DNA of 57,801 nucleotides, the filler included, from Trypethelium eluteriae (Eukaryota), in NCBI GenBank assembly GCA_051942245.1. It is 3 parts of 3 records of this genome, joined end to end, with 100 filler letters (N's around TTAATTAATTAA, not from the genome) between each part and the next. Parts side by side here need not be neighbours in the genome. Positions count along the whole stretch, not along the records: positions 19,425 to 38,617 come from JAVECL010000533.1; positions 38,718 to 57,801 come from JAVECL010000535.1; 1 more part is not named here. One strand, 5' to 3'. The notes under the pieces were generated by a model. It saw only the letters and a list, made by a program, of their open reading frames with translations, was not told the origin of the DNA and did no database searches. This document shows positions 32,708 to 45,186 of the stretch, piece by piece (position 1 is the first letter of the stretch; the number at the start of each line of letters is the position of its first letter). The translations under genes were made by a program, and so were the position numbers.

Positions 32708-35135
32708 GGCGGGCTGAGGGGTGAGACGGAGGGCAGCCACCGAGGCTCAGGTCCGTATTGTCACGACCTGTAACGTCCAGAACAGTAACGAGCCGCCCGA
32801 GTTGGACACTTGCGACTGTGCGGCAAAGGCAATATTGACACCGGACACTGCGTAAATTCACACATTACAAGGAAGAAGGCGCAGCGCAGCCCATCTCGTT
32901 AATGGAAGAAACAAAGATGTGAAAACAGAAACAAGACGGCAGAAAGAGATTTACGGCTGGTCAGCCATACGGTGGGCTGGGTGGTGGTGCTTTGGGCGGT
33001 TTGGAATTACCGTAAACAGTCTAGCGTACCGCCTCCCAAGCAACGTAAAGCCAAGAATAGCAGTCGCCACCCCCCGGCTCGGATCTGATGTCAGTTTGTC
33101 ATCCAATCAGGCTTATTTCCCTGTCTCGATCTGACCATGGGCTTCAACAAGAACGCGGCTCACGTGCAAGATTTTATTGGTGTGGGTACCTGTTGTAGTG
33201 ACGATAAAGTGATGATACAATCCGATATTTATCCACCTTCCGCTTACCTGTTCGCTTGAAGTAACGCCAGGACCTTGCTAATGTTACAGTAACCGTGAAC
33301 ACATGAAGATGTTTGCTTGCTTTTGTCGTTTGCCCGCCACGTACGGAGTACAACAAAGCTAATGAGGTTCAGCCTCATAAAAGATTCCCAATGCCCACCC
33401 TCCATCTCCATGGAACAGGCAGGCCGAGAAGCAATACTGTTGATAAGATCGGACCGGTCTCTTGACTGCTAGTCGACTTCTCATCCGCACTGCCTAGTAT
33501 TCCTCTCGTAGGGCGTGCGAAGCCGTCACGGCGTCACCTATCTCTTCTATCCGCCGAATCTTTTCAATTTATCGTTTTGAATATGCGTCAACAGCATTTT
33601 CGAGATCTTGAAGGGAAGAGCCATCTCCATACGCGTCCGCCATTTTCGCATTCTCCTCCCAGCGCTTGCGATCGAGCTCTGCCATTCGTTTTTTATGCGT
33701 CATCCACGAGCTTGTCTTCGAAGAAATTGTCATTACACCGACGCCTTACCTTTTCATCAGCATTTTGTTCTGGAAAGACATTCAATGGGCGTGGTGATGT
33801 CATGAGCATACATACCAAGAAGTGCTGTAGCAACCCCTGCGATAGACAGACGCCGAACTATTCGTGACCCATGATGTGTAGGTGCAGAAACCATGTTGCC
33901 TAGTAGGCTTGTGTAGACTCTCGACGATGTGGAGAAATGTCGAGGTTGGAATTGCGCTCGTAGAACCATATTCACTGAGTCCGTGACAAGCGACGTCACC
34001 GAAGGACTTTGCACAATAGCAGTGGAAGTACACTGAGCAGGATGAATATGTGTGCAATGGAAACTCCTTGAAGTTATAAGGCAAGAGTCTTATTACATAG
34101 GCAGAAGCCGAGAGCTCTTCGGAAGATATCGAGCATCTCTCGAATTTACTTCGTCAGGGTTGAGAGGGAGAGGGACCGCGGCCGCCACCGGCCGTCATGA
34201 GGTGGAGGGTACGTATCCCGGGGTGCCGGAGAGATATGCACCCGTGGGTGCATGGGTTTGTGATTTTGCGGGGTTTGTGGGGACGACACGCTAACTTGGC
34301 GTGGTCGGGTCCCAATGGCCCTGCGGCGGAAAGCAGGGGTAAGTAACAGCCGTGCTTACCTCAGCACGCCTACACTTTAGGTATCTAACAGCAAGGCACC
34401 CGATGCACCCACGTTACCAAGCTACCAGGGTACAAATCCACCACTGACACTACAAAGCGTTCCTTAGACTGAGAACGATACTTCATGACATGGACAGGAT
34501 CGATTGAAAGTAGAAGATAATGTATGCATACTGACGGGTATAAGGTCTAAGGAAATCTTAGGTACATCAATGTAGGCCGTGCTTCCTGGCCGACTCTGGG
34601 AGTAGACTCAGCAAGTTTAAGGAGATGAGCACCTGGATATCTGGAAAGGACAGGAGGTCGCACAACGCTTGAAATCTGACAAAGCAAATGGAGAATCTTG
34701 CAAAGAAAAGCAACCTCGAATGACCGAAACCCGGGGACATATGAGAGTTCAAGTAAACATCGCTACCGTTGCCCTCCTTGACGCATATGTCGCCTTGTCC
34801 TTGACCGGCACGCAGAGTAACTAAAACAATGCTCCAAGCGTATGCCTTGACCGTGGTTGATAGGCAATGAGAGCGACCCATATATTTATAAGCGACCAAG
34901 CAAGTTTGACGCGCAAAGACGCTTCAAGAACACTCCCAAGGGAAGTAACTTTTGATGACCATAGTAGCAAGCCTTCCATTCAGCAACTGAAGCCGACCAT
35001 TTGACCGAGATGTGGATTTTTGAACATATAGAGGCCACGCCGAGCATATGTGTTAAAGGTAATCAATGCCGTGCTCCGACGGGAAGAGACGAGCGCTTCA
35101 GAAAGGCGGCATCGATATCGCATCATATATTTTTA

Positions 35136-37933
35136 TCATGGCGAAGCTTCACGCTTCGTCCTTTTGTTCCTCTCCAGCCACTTGCGTTTGCCAACTCGTG
35201 TCTCGAAATGAGGTGCGACGCTGACTGCGTCTTGACCGGCCGTCATGATAGCGCTGCGCATCTTGTTACGATAGGCATCCACTGAAGTCACAACTGTTAG
35301 CCCAACATCGATACGAATGGCAATCAAGAATCTGGAGATAACGTACGGCAGCGCTGCAGGAAAAGCGTCCGTCCTGCGAATACCCGGCTTTGGCTCCAGC
35401 TCATTCTGTATCCCAAGTCGTTCAGAGTCACTTCCTTGCTTCTCCTCGAGCGATTCATTCGAGGCATCGGGACTTTCGCCTCACCCCCATCCAGCATGGG
35501 CACAGGCACAAGGGTGCGTGCCACAGTCGAATCGCGGGAAGATTCATCAGCCTCATCATCATCGTCATCAAAGAAGCGACTGCCCCTCGCCGATGTTGGC
35601 GGGCTCTGCATCTCGGTAGGGAAATAGCTGCGGGGGTATACTGAATTCCCCTTGCGGTAAGAATCTGGGAGGTCATCCATTTTCACCTGATCGAGCATGA
35701 CGCGCACCCGGACACGTGTGCCGCGCTGGGTATCTTCAACGAGGATGAATTTGCGGCGCTTAGATTCCGGCAGGTCCCCAAATAGAGCGGCATTGCGTTC
35801 TTCATCAGACTCCCTGCCTGCTTGAGACGTGGCAACAGCATGCGCAGTTCCATGAGGTCCAGAACCGAGTTGATCCATACCATCGTGAGTGGAGGGCAAT
35901 CCCGATCCGGCGGCTATGTTGTGCGCAGAAGGATATGTAGGATAGAAACTGCCCGAGTGTCGAACATCCGTGGGAGAGCTGGACGTGCCAACACCATTAG
36001 GTGGCGCATGGTGGTGGGTGTTTGAGCCATCCGCGTACTCATTATTGGCTGCGAAACAAAGAAATGCAAATGTCAGCGAGCACATCGTAGCGGTTGAAGC
36101 AATTACAACCAAGCATGTAAGCACTATACAGTCGATGATTTGATTGGGTGTGTCTGTGTCTGTACTTCGCGTGAAAGGGATAGATGACCCGTCGCAACGG
36201 CACAGAAAGTATTTTACATGAAATACAGAAGCTGCTCAAATGACGGAATCCTCATCCTCATCCTAATGTAGCCTCATGGGAGAACACATGCAGAGAAAAA
36301 GACGGTGAAAGAAAAACAGCTCGGTCATACACCAGAGCATTGGTATATCGCGACAACGACAAGCAAGCACAATTCAATCACATCTGGTGAAACATACCGC
36401 TAACGTCGTCGTTACCTCCCGGCGCAGTCCCATCACGATTCGCGTGATGATGATGCATTTGACTTCCCCCTCCCATGCTCATACTCCCTTGCCGGGGAGG
36501 CCCAGCTCCCGCAGACATCCCTCCGTTCGTAGTTGGCACCCCTCCTGCTGTTCCAGGACCAGTTGGACCAGCCATCTGACCTTGGTGTTGTGTTTGGGCG
36601 ACTTGTTTTCGATTGCTGATCTTTGCCATCCGGCGAACTCGTCGACTTCGAAGTCGCGGGTCCTGGTTGCTGTTTCGCCAGCTATCGACGGCGCGTTGAA
36701 TAAGACCGCGCTTGCCCCTTAGACAAGGATTCAGTTGAGCGAGTGCCCAACCAACGGTGTTACACTCAGTTTCGTAGTGAAGCCGATTCCCTTTGTACTG
36801 ATCTTTTGGACAACAGGCACGCGGATAGACGCAGTTTTCCGTTTTAAACTCTTGGCTCAACTCTTCCACGTTCACCGACTCGACATCACAACGAATTGTG
36901 TACTCCATCTTCACTCGATCTCTAGAGTACTCAAAGGCAATCCATTGGACGCCGTTGTTATCTTGTCTCACAACTAGTGGAGTGGTAGCAGGAATTGGAC
37001 CTGGAGCAGCATTTGGGTTAACACCAGCACCACCTGGAGCTCCTGCATGCATACTATTTGCGCTTCCAGGAGGCACTGTTGGTGTTGTTTGCGAATGTCC
37101 AATTCCAGAAGGCGGCCTCTGCAGAGGAGCAGGATTCATCTTCGACCGTGGGCTGGTAGTCATGCCTTGCTGATGAGGATGTGCACTGGGATTATGCATT
37201 TGCGGTTGGCCAGGTTGTGACATCAACAATGTCCCGGAGGCCATTGAAGGATGCTGCTGCGCTCCTGGATGGGGTCCATAAGGCGAATGCTGCGGAAGGT
37301 TGTACTGCGGTGGGTAATACATTCCCTGCGGCATCTGAGCTGACGGCTGTCCATAGAGCGATCGTGCATGCTGTTCGTGCTGTGGGGACTGCTGGACGGA
37401 TGCAGGGGACCCAGATTGCGGCGTTTGGTAGATAGGAGGAAATTGCTGATGACGACTCATCGTGTGTGCGGCCATGATGTCCGATTGCTCTATGATGAGG
37501 TTAGCGCTGGTTGTACAATGAGAGAGAATCATGGTTCAGTGGAGAACGAGAATCCCTCGTCTATGTACTAAATCTTCGGAACACGTTCCAGGTAACGTGG
37601 AAATGGGCTCTGTGGCCACTTACCAGATGTTGAGTAGCTTGCCGAGGTGCTAGCTGTACTGTAGGGACTTGGATGAGCTCCAAAGTAAGGCCCTTCAGTC
37701 GGTGGGTGCCCGGGAGCTCCTTGAATCCCGCCTACGTAGGGGGATTGATGCGGTGGAGGAAAATTGTGGCTTGAAGAATGCGGCGACGCGTAGGGTCCTT
37801 GAGCAGGTGGGTGTCCCGAGGATTGCGACTGCTGCGGCGAGTCGGGATTATGCTGCTGCTGGAGAACAGCAGATGGCCGATGCTGGAGATGATGCGGCGG
37901 CGGTAGACCCTGCTGTGGATGGTTGGGATGATG
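35136..37933 (-). CDS. Conserved Q/P/H-rich fungal protein with two homologous globular domains (function unknown); 5'-most exon unresolved
   Basis: Exons ~37933-37625, ~37490-36397, ~36049-35347 and ~35283-35136 are joined by canonical GT...CTRAC...AG introns. Domain 1: WIAFEYSRDRVKMEYTIRCDVE...NCVYPRA...GKRGLIQRAVDSWRN. Domain 2: RVRVRVMLDQV...NSVYPRS...GRTLFLQR..DAYRN. Confidence 0.8.
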
Positions 37934-38143
37934 CTAGAAGGGACACAACGTGTTAGCCACAGAACTGGTGAACGTTCAGTGATCGTACTTCAGTGCTGAG
38001 GTAGTGGGGAAGCTCGAAAACGCGACGCGAAAGAACCCTGGTATCAAAACAAAACAAAAAGATCTGAGCGCAGATCCAAGACAAGGCTTGATGCACGCAT
38101 TTGATCAATGGGTCCAGTTCAAGATACGCACGCGCGCAAAGGA

Positions 38144-38617
38144 AGTTACACTAATTTGTAGGAAAAAAAAAATAAATATAAAAAATTGAGACGAACCCAG
38201 GCGACAAAGTAAACAAAAGGTAAAAATAAAAATAAATAAACAGAAGCAAGTCGGGAGGTGTGATATGAATTAAGCTCACACTGCGTGCGAGACTAACAAG
38301 TACAAGTCGGTCATGGAAAACTTGTGAGGAGTTCCATGCGGAGGCACAGTACCACGGATCATGTACATGTGTATGATGACGGAAAAGAAGAAAACAAACA
38401 GATCCTGGGAAGAACGAAAGCTGATCTGATAAAGCTTGACTTGAGGCCCAATGCGTTGTGAATCGGAGGATTATCCGACGATCACAAGCATGGAGGACGC
38501 TGTTGCGAAGTAGAGTTACACTAATTTGTAGGAAAAAAAAAATAAATATAAAAAATTGAGACGAACCCAGGCGACAAAGTAAACAAAAGGTAAAAATAAA
38601 AATAAATAAACAGAAGC
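38144..38617. repeat. Exact 104-bp direct duplication (38144-38247 and 38514-38617) abutting the gap
   Basis: AGTTACACTAATTTGTAGG...AAACAGAAGC occurs twice; the second copy ends at the N run. Confidence 0.9.
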
Positions 38618-38717
38618 NNNNNNNNNNNNNNNNNNNNNNNNNNNNNNNNNNNNNNNNNNNNTTAATTAATTAANNNNNNNNNNNNNNNNNNNNNNNNNNN
38701 NNNNNNNNNNNNNNNNN
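38618..38717. other. Artificial contig linker (N-TTAATTAATTAA-N)
   Basis: Same 100-nt block as at 19325-19424. Confidence 0.95.
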
Positions 38718-39286
38718 GGTCTCTACGCTGTGCAGTTTGATCCGAAATATTGGAATCTCCTTAGCAGTCGAGGCTTATTGGCCTTGAGGTCCAACCGCCG
38801 AACTCCTTGTGCTGATACCACATCCATCTCAGGAGCACACCTGCGGTACATCTGTCCAGCCTGTCGTTTGTACAATGTGGTCTAAGCAAAGCTCCGAATG
38901 TCTCCTAAGACAAACATCACTGATCACTCTCCCTTATGCGGTGTTATACAAGAAAACAGCTGGGTCTAAAAATAGATAAATCAGATTGAGACTTCAAAGG
39001 AAACAATCCCAGAGTATCTTTATATTATCTGTCAACCGATGCATATGGGCAATTACGCACGTCCACCGAAGTAGTTCTGCAGGATGATTATGTAGAGAAT
39101 TGTTGGGGAAAGAGCAGATGATTTCTTTTCATAGAGATCGATTGTGAGGCCGGCTCCTCAGAGTATGCCAGTATATGCAGCAGCTAAGAAAATTGAGCAA
39201 AAAGGAGACCTCAAAAATCCATAGATGATTCGAACCATCACATAGTCCATCACAATCCTGAAAGATTCATTAGATCAAGTCCGAAC

Positions 39287-40480
39287 TCAGTCGCTCAAAT
39301 CAGGGTTCGCAACAACAAGCCTGCCCACGCCCATACCACTCAAGGTCATGGACCGATCATCAACGCTTCCCCGTCTCCTTAACTCATCTTCTGTCTTCTT
39401 CCCCTCTGGTGGCCCTACCCTCTGCGGTATATTCCCAACACCACCAAAGCTATTCTCCCGCGTCTCACTACTACTTCCACTCCCCCCACTGAGCCCCGTC
39501 CCGCTCGTATTGCTAAAGTAGTCCCCATGCCTCGGCTGATAATCCTCAGGAACGGGCGTCTCCTCCGCCAAATCACCCATCGGCTCATTCGGCGGCGTGC
39601 TCCCCTGACTAAACCTCCCATGCCCATACGACGCGACCCTCCTGCCCGACCCCACCGAACTCCGCCCACTCCCCGTCCTCTGATGCTCGCCCCTCCGCAC
39701 CACCCCCGCCGCCGTGACATAGTGACTATCCGGCGCGGTAGCAGCAACATCATCGCTATCGCCCTCATCCACCTCGCTGGCACTCAGCCGCATCGGCACC
39801 GACGCGCCCGCGTGCGTCATGTTCGCCGTCGGGTTATACGTCGTCGCCTTCTGCGCGCCATGATGTCGGATCTTGCTGCGGAGGCCGCCGCCGCCGCCCG
39901 TCCCGCTCGACCCCGTGCTCGACCGCGACCCCGTGCCTCCGCCGTAGTAGTTGCCGGCGCCGCTGAGGTCCTGGACGGCGCGCGCTTTGGCGGCGCGGAC
40001 GGCGGCCGCGAGTCGTGGGTCTTCGTGCTGCGCGCGGTCGCACCACACGGTGGCTTTTTGCTTGCGCATTAGCGCGACGTAGGAGTCGGGTCGGGGGTTC
40101 GTCGCGGTCGAGCGGGAGGAGGTGCTGCGTCGGAGGACGTGGTTGAAGCTGTTGGAGGTGTTTTGTCGGTTGAGACTCGGGTTCGCGGTGTTTCCGCCTG
40201 TGCCGGTGGAGGAGGTGGAGGAGGTGGCATTGGAGAGGGTACGGCGGGTTGTGGTATTGAATTGCTGCATATTATTTTGTTGGTAAGGGTTTTGAGCGGT
40301 GATGGGCGGCATGATTCCCGAGGAGGCCGTTCGAGAGTGTTGATGTTGAGGTGCGGTGGTATTTGAAGGTGGCAGGTTCGGTGAATGCTGCGGCTGCCGT
40401 TGTGCAAGCTGGGACGGAAGCGGCTTTCGATGCGGGACTTGATACTGCGCCATTGGGCGGTCTACCATTGTCGTGGACAT
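39287..40480 (-). CDS. Conserved hypothetical fungal protein (low complexity, S/G-rich)
   Basis: 397-aa single-exon ORF with strong codon bias and motif-like blocks SYVALMRKQKATVWCDRAQHEDPR, VPMRLSASEV, ELRRRGSVDDRSMT and RLVVANPD. Confidence 0.85.
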   Translation of the reverse strand: MSTTMVDRPMAQYQVPHRKPLPSQLAQRQPQHSPNLPPSNTTAPQHQHSRTASSGIMPPITAQNPYQQNNMQQFNTTTRRTLSNATSSTSSTGTGGNTANPSLNRQNTSNSFNHVLRRSTSSRSTATNPRPDSYVALMRKQKATVWCDRAQHEDPRLAAAVRAAKARAVQDLSGAGNYYGGGTGSRSSTGSSGTGGGGGLRSKIRHHGAQKATTYNPTANMTHAGASVPMRLSASEVDEGDSDDVAATAPDSHYVTAAGVVRRGEHQRTGSGRSSVGSGRRVASYGHGRFSQGSTPPNEPMGDLAEETPVPEDYQPRHGDYFSNTSGTGLSGGSGSSSETRENSFGGVGNIPQRVGPPEGKKTEDELRRRGSVDDRSMTLSGMGVGRLVVANPDLSD

Positions 40481-42768
40481 GGAGAGGTTTGTTTGGTGCC
40501 GGAAGTCTGAATATATTCGGTTGCGTACAGGCTAAAGCGGGCAAAGACGGGAAGATGCAGGGCAAAAAGATACCAACGCAGAGGTATATGCACGCGGGAC
40601 GATGGTGCAATCCTACAGTCGACAAACGTTCACGCTGAGGGGTATCCTGAGAAAAGCTGGTGCAAGTGCGATATGGTAAGATATAATGGGCCGAGTCGAG
40701 GGCGCAAACTGGCTTGTTTCGAAGGAGGGACCAACGTGTTTGAGACTTGGTGGAGGAGGGATCCGCAGGACTCAGCAGGAGTTGGTATACTGGGCCGCCA
40801 GAGACTCAAGTATCAGAGACTCAAGTAGATGGAAGAGATGGGACTTAAGCCAAAGTCTCGAATATGTTTAGTGCTTCGGTGGACGCAGGGTAACGCATGC
40901 AGAAGGATGATGGGGCAAGCTTGCTTTGTTGGCGCTCACTACGACAGACAGTCAGCCTCCGGTCACCATCTTTCACGAGCTTGCTCTGGAACCAGGCGAG
41001 CTTGAGGGCTGAAGGAGTGCCTTAGCTGGGCGCTGAGGGGCGAGATACGGCCTGGCACACCTGGATACGGCCATGGTGTTCTTGAGGTAGCTTAAGCTGC
41101 AGCGGGAGGCTTTCCGGTTGTTCCAATCAAGCGGTGGGCGGGGAGCATGCTTACCAGCTATCTCTCAAAGCACACGTATGCGCTGTGGATCTTCGCTTCT
41201 CCTCACTACGCCGCGCAGAACTGATTCAATGCGACCATGCACGACAGCTATCACGATGCGGGATGGCTGGGTTGATAGGGTTGATAACTGGAAAATTGAG
41301 GAAGCCTCCGCACCGGATCTCCCCTGTGCCCTCAGCTAGCAGCGAAGGACAGCATCAGGCCTGGGCTCCTCAATCAACGAGGTTGCAAGCCGCCCAGCCC
41401 GCGCTCGATGGTGTCATCTTGTGGACCCGCCGGCGGGCTCTAAATCATCTTCGAGCCTTGCTTGGCCCGTTTGGCCGCCAGCCCCTGCCCACTCTCGGCC
41501 TCTTCTCCTCGAACGGAAGATAGGTCATTTCAATGAGATCGGGAGATTGGCAATTCTGTAGTCTTCTAGCGCATAGTCACAGCATGTCAATTGCGCGTGG
41601 ATGACGTTTTGCAAGGTCCTCGCAGAGCGTCATATGTTGATTGCCTTTTTCGCAACTCGACCTTGTTTTGGCGGCAAAGTCCAAGGTAGGACCCTTGCAC
41701 GGTAACCTTGATATTGCGTTGCATCAGATTCTACTGGGGCTGCAGGTGGCAGGATCACGGGCTCCTAAGGATGCACCCACCAGAACGCCGAGTAATGCTG
41801 CCTCGCCCATCTACCCATCCGGCTTCGGGTACGACCCAGGATGGGGACCTTGGCTCGAGGTACGTCCATCACAGTTCATCTCAAGATAAAAATATTAGTC
41901 TTGACAGAGCGGTGCAGGATCAATAAGCTCACGGCTGGCGCTGACATGTGGCGGTCATGGCTTTCTATCGGCCCGTATAGGTACTGCTTATGGTAGGAGG
42001 AATGTCTTTTGTACACCTTCGAGAAAGAAGATTGTTCGATACTGTACTAAATATTCGCTTGCATACGCCTCTGAGATCAATTATCAAAACCACCGATCAG
42101 GAAATGGGTGTAATGTAAGAACTTTTTTTTCTGCCGGCGTTATGCGAATGCTTGGCCATCTAATGCTATTTTTGAACTTTGTCCACTCCACTACGCGCTG
42201 CATTGGGACATCACTGATACACCTTGTTTAAAACATGACGGCACGTTCCGTGTCGGTGGGCTCCCGTGCCGCCAAAGGTATTGGTGCCATTATCTCAATG
42301 TATCTGCAATTGCCCTTCAAGCTAATCATGCGCTGTGTTGAGGGACCGAGAACAATGTGAGACGTGGTGCCAGGCGTGCCAGGGTACTGGAATGGAAGTT
42401 CCTGGATCGGGTACTTTTGAAAAGCACAAGGAGGGAAACGAGAGAAAGAAGAAGAAGAAAAAAAAGAAAAAAAAAAAGCCAAAGAGCACGAGGTTGCAGA
42501 AAAAAAAAATCAGCAACGATTCCGAGCTCGAGGGTAAGCTTGCAGTGGCGCAGCGCGGTACCTAAGACGGTGTGGTTCTCGTTACTGCACCTCATTGTCC
42601 CACACACACGTGCCTTTGAATTCAAGATCTCAAGCGATTTTCGCTCTCTGCATCCCATGCTATCTTAGTCTTCAAAATTCCGTGCCTTCTATCTATTTTT
42701 AAACCCAGAATTTTTTGCCACCATTCTCCCGTATTGCTTGATTATATGCAGCGATTTCTTTCGAACAC

Positions 42769-43856
42769 TCAAGGCAAGGTATAACCACCATCTACAATGA
42801 TGTCACAGCCAGTTGTGTAACTTGCCGCATCCGAAGCCAGGTATAGGAAAGCTCCTTTGAGCTCCGAAGCCTCCCCTTCGCGACTACAACTTGTTAGCTG
42901 TTGCGTCACAGTTTCGAACCCCAGACTTACCCCATTGGGATCTTGCTCCTCCAGATTCTTTTCGTCTCCGGCGGAACGAAGTCAGAGATCTCTGTGGCGA
43001 TGTAGCCGGGAGACACAGCATTCGAGCGAGCAAACTTTACCCATTCCACAGCGAAACTTTTGCCTAGAAGGCGGTCAGTCTTCTCAAGTCGTCAATGGTC
43101 TTGAGTTGAGATGCCTACAAAGATGGCTGACCCCGGCCTTGGCGGCGTTATATGCTGCTTGTAATTGAGGAATATTTGTAATATGCCCGCTCATGGAAGC
43201 AGTCGCAACAAAGCTACCGTAGGTATAGTTCTCTAGCTTCTTGCCGTTTAGGTCAGTACCTTCTTTCCATTGTCTCCTCCAATGCTCGGCGGCAGCAACT
43301 CCACAATAGAACACGCTATCTAAATCGGTTGCTACGACTTTGTGATAGTGTGAAATCTGGCCATCAAGCGCAGGTCCTTGGGTCCATGGGATTCCCGCGT
43401 TTGCGATGAAGATGTCAAGTCGGCCATTCAGGTCTTTAACGCTCTGGTGAGTGACCTTCTTGACTTGCTCGACATCCGTGGCATCGATTTGGTAAGCCTT
43501 GCCTGTACGGCTTGTGAGCTTTTCGGACTACTACACTTGGCTGCGGAACGCACAGGTGACGCCATAGTCCTTCTCAATCTCAGCTGCACGGTCAAGGGCG
43601 TTCTTGTTGCTGTAGTACCATATTGCAACGTTTGCTCCAGCTTCAGCAAGAGCTTGAGCAACAGCAAGGCCTGTGAAAGCTTCAGTATGAAATGCAGGAG
43701 ATGTGGAACAAATAATGATGCACCTATGCCAGCACCTGCTCCAGAAATTATGGCGGTCTTCCCTTTCAGAGAGAAAAGAGGTAGGATGCGGTCGCCCTTT
43801 GGTGCAACAGTGTTATCCTGCGCAAACGTGCCATCTTTATTTAATCCTCCATCCAT
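42769..43856 (-). CDS. Short-chain dehydrogenase/reductase, L-xylulose/sorbose reductase-like
   Basis: [19 protein letters not shown] (Rossmann), [36 protein letters not shown] (YxxxK), [10 protein letters not shown] and [16 protein letters not shown]. Four introns. Confidence 0.92.
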
Positions 43857-45186
43857 TTTGTGGGAGGGTTGTCCTGTGCTGGACCAGGGCTCCTTTGGAA
43901 TTGTCCAAGTTGCAGAGTTAGAGGAAAAGAAAGTAGTATATTCACGGGTAATGGATTGAAGTTTGATTATGGTTTATCTTATTGCTAGCTGGCGGCAGCC
44001 TTCAGAATAGCACAGACAATGTTGTACCGAATTGCTCAAGGATGAGATATCCGACGATCTGGGCCACCTTGGAGGGGACGAGTTTTATAAATGGTCGTTT
44101 GTAAAAGCCGCAATGGAATAGGTGGAGATTCCTCGCCCTTTGCGACAGGGATTTTCTTTCTGGCCGTTTTCCGAAAGTGGATATCTTGCATCAAGCGTCG
44201 TTAACTTATGAAGGCGAAACGAAAGTCCAGGCTGAGAATGTCGGCACTTGAGTGGAGATTACAAATTGCCCAAGAAACACTAATCCCATCCGTCTCCCAG
44301 AGGCATGACGCGTTGATTCAATCACGGTTCTACTCCCACGTGTCTGAACATCTGCCACCCGGGTAACTTACATTCTTTTGTTGAATAAAGGTCTTTGCTA
44401 CCTACTGATCGCCGTTTCTCGTGCCAAAGACTTTCTACTACGGTCGCTGGCGTTTCCTATGTACGATCAATTTGACGGGCTACCTTGAGATACGAAAGCA
44501 CCTCGCCCTTCTCCGCAGTAGTGCAACTATCCTCCGCATTTATGGCGTGTTGCGAAGTAATCGTTCCTGATTTCACAAGTCGCCGACGTCTTTTGCTTTC
44601 CAAACAACCCTAATAGAACGTGCACTGTCACTACGCTTTCAAGAAGGCGCAATCCCTCGTCACATAGCATTGGGGACGAGCTTTCCCACAAACATAAGCA
44701 CTCTAGCTTTCCATTCAATCCAGGGTAGGCTAGGCAACACGTATAGATTTGCTCACTTTACATGCTTCGTCAAATTTGAAGACTTGAAAATGAAGCCGTG
44801 AGGATCCTAGTAATACGGTATGCGTTCACCAATTCGGTGGGTTCGGCACTGTATCTCATTATTCTTCTCTCGAATCTTTCAGCAATGTGTATTTGAATTT
44901 TATCAGGTAGACTTGTGTACTAGAAGTCTCCTTACATGTCAAAAAACGTGACCCAAAAAAGCATTCCGACGCGCTTGTCATGGCGACGACGGCTTTTGCA
45001 TACCTGATGTCTGAATCACAACATCACTACTTCGCAGGCCACATTGATAGAGATCGTCGCTTCAATGAGCTGCTTCAGACAACACACTGCCGCTCCATCG
45101 CCGCCATCCGATTTCTTCGGCTGCTTTGAAATACCCTCCAGAATTGCAAATTCTCAGGGGGCGGAGCCAAATAGCGATTGCGGAAA

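Noticed and set aside
33130..34450. snoRNA or other ncRNA in the long intergenic region (C-box-like TGATGA, hairpin ATGCACCC-GT-GGGTGCAT at 34236-34253)
   Set aside because: No properly spaced C/D pair with an rRNA-complementary guide could be identified by eye; a covariance-model search would be needed.
38144..38617. Biological tandem duplication or small element
   Set aside because: The copies are exact, homopolymer-rich and end precisely at the contig break; most likely a mis-assembly.
42322..42668. Poly-Lys/poly-Phe ORFs
   Set aside because: They arise from an A-rich homopolymer tract in the region downstream of the SDR gene.
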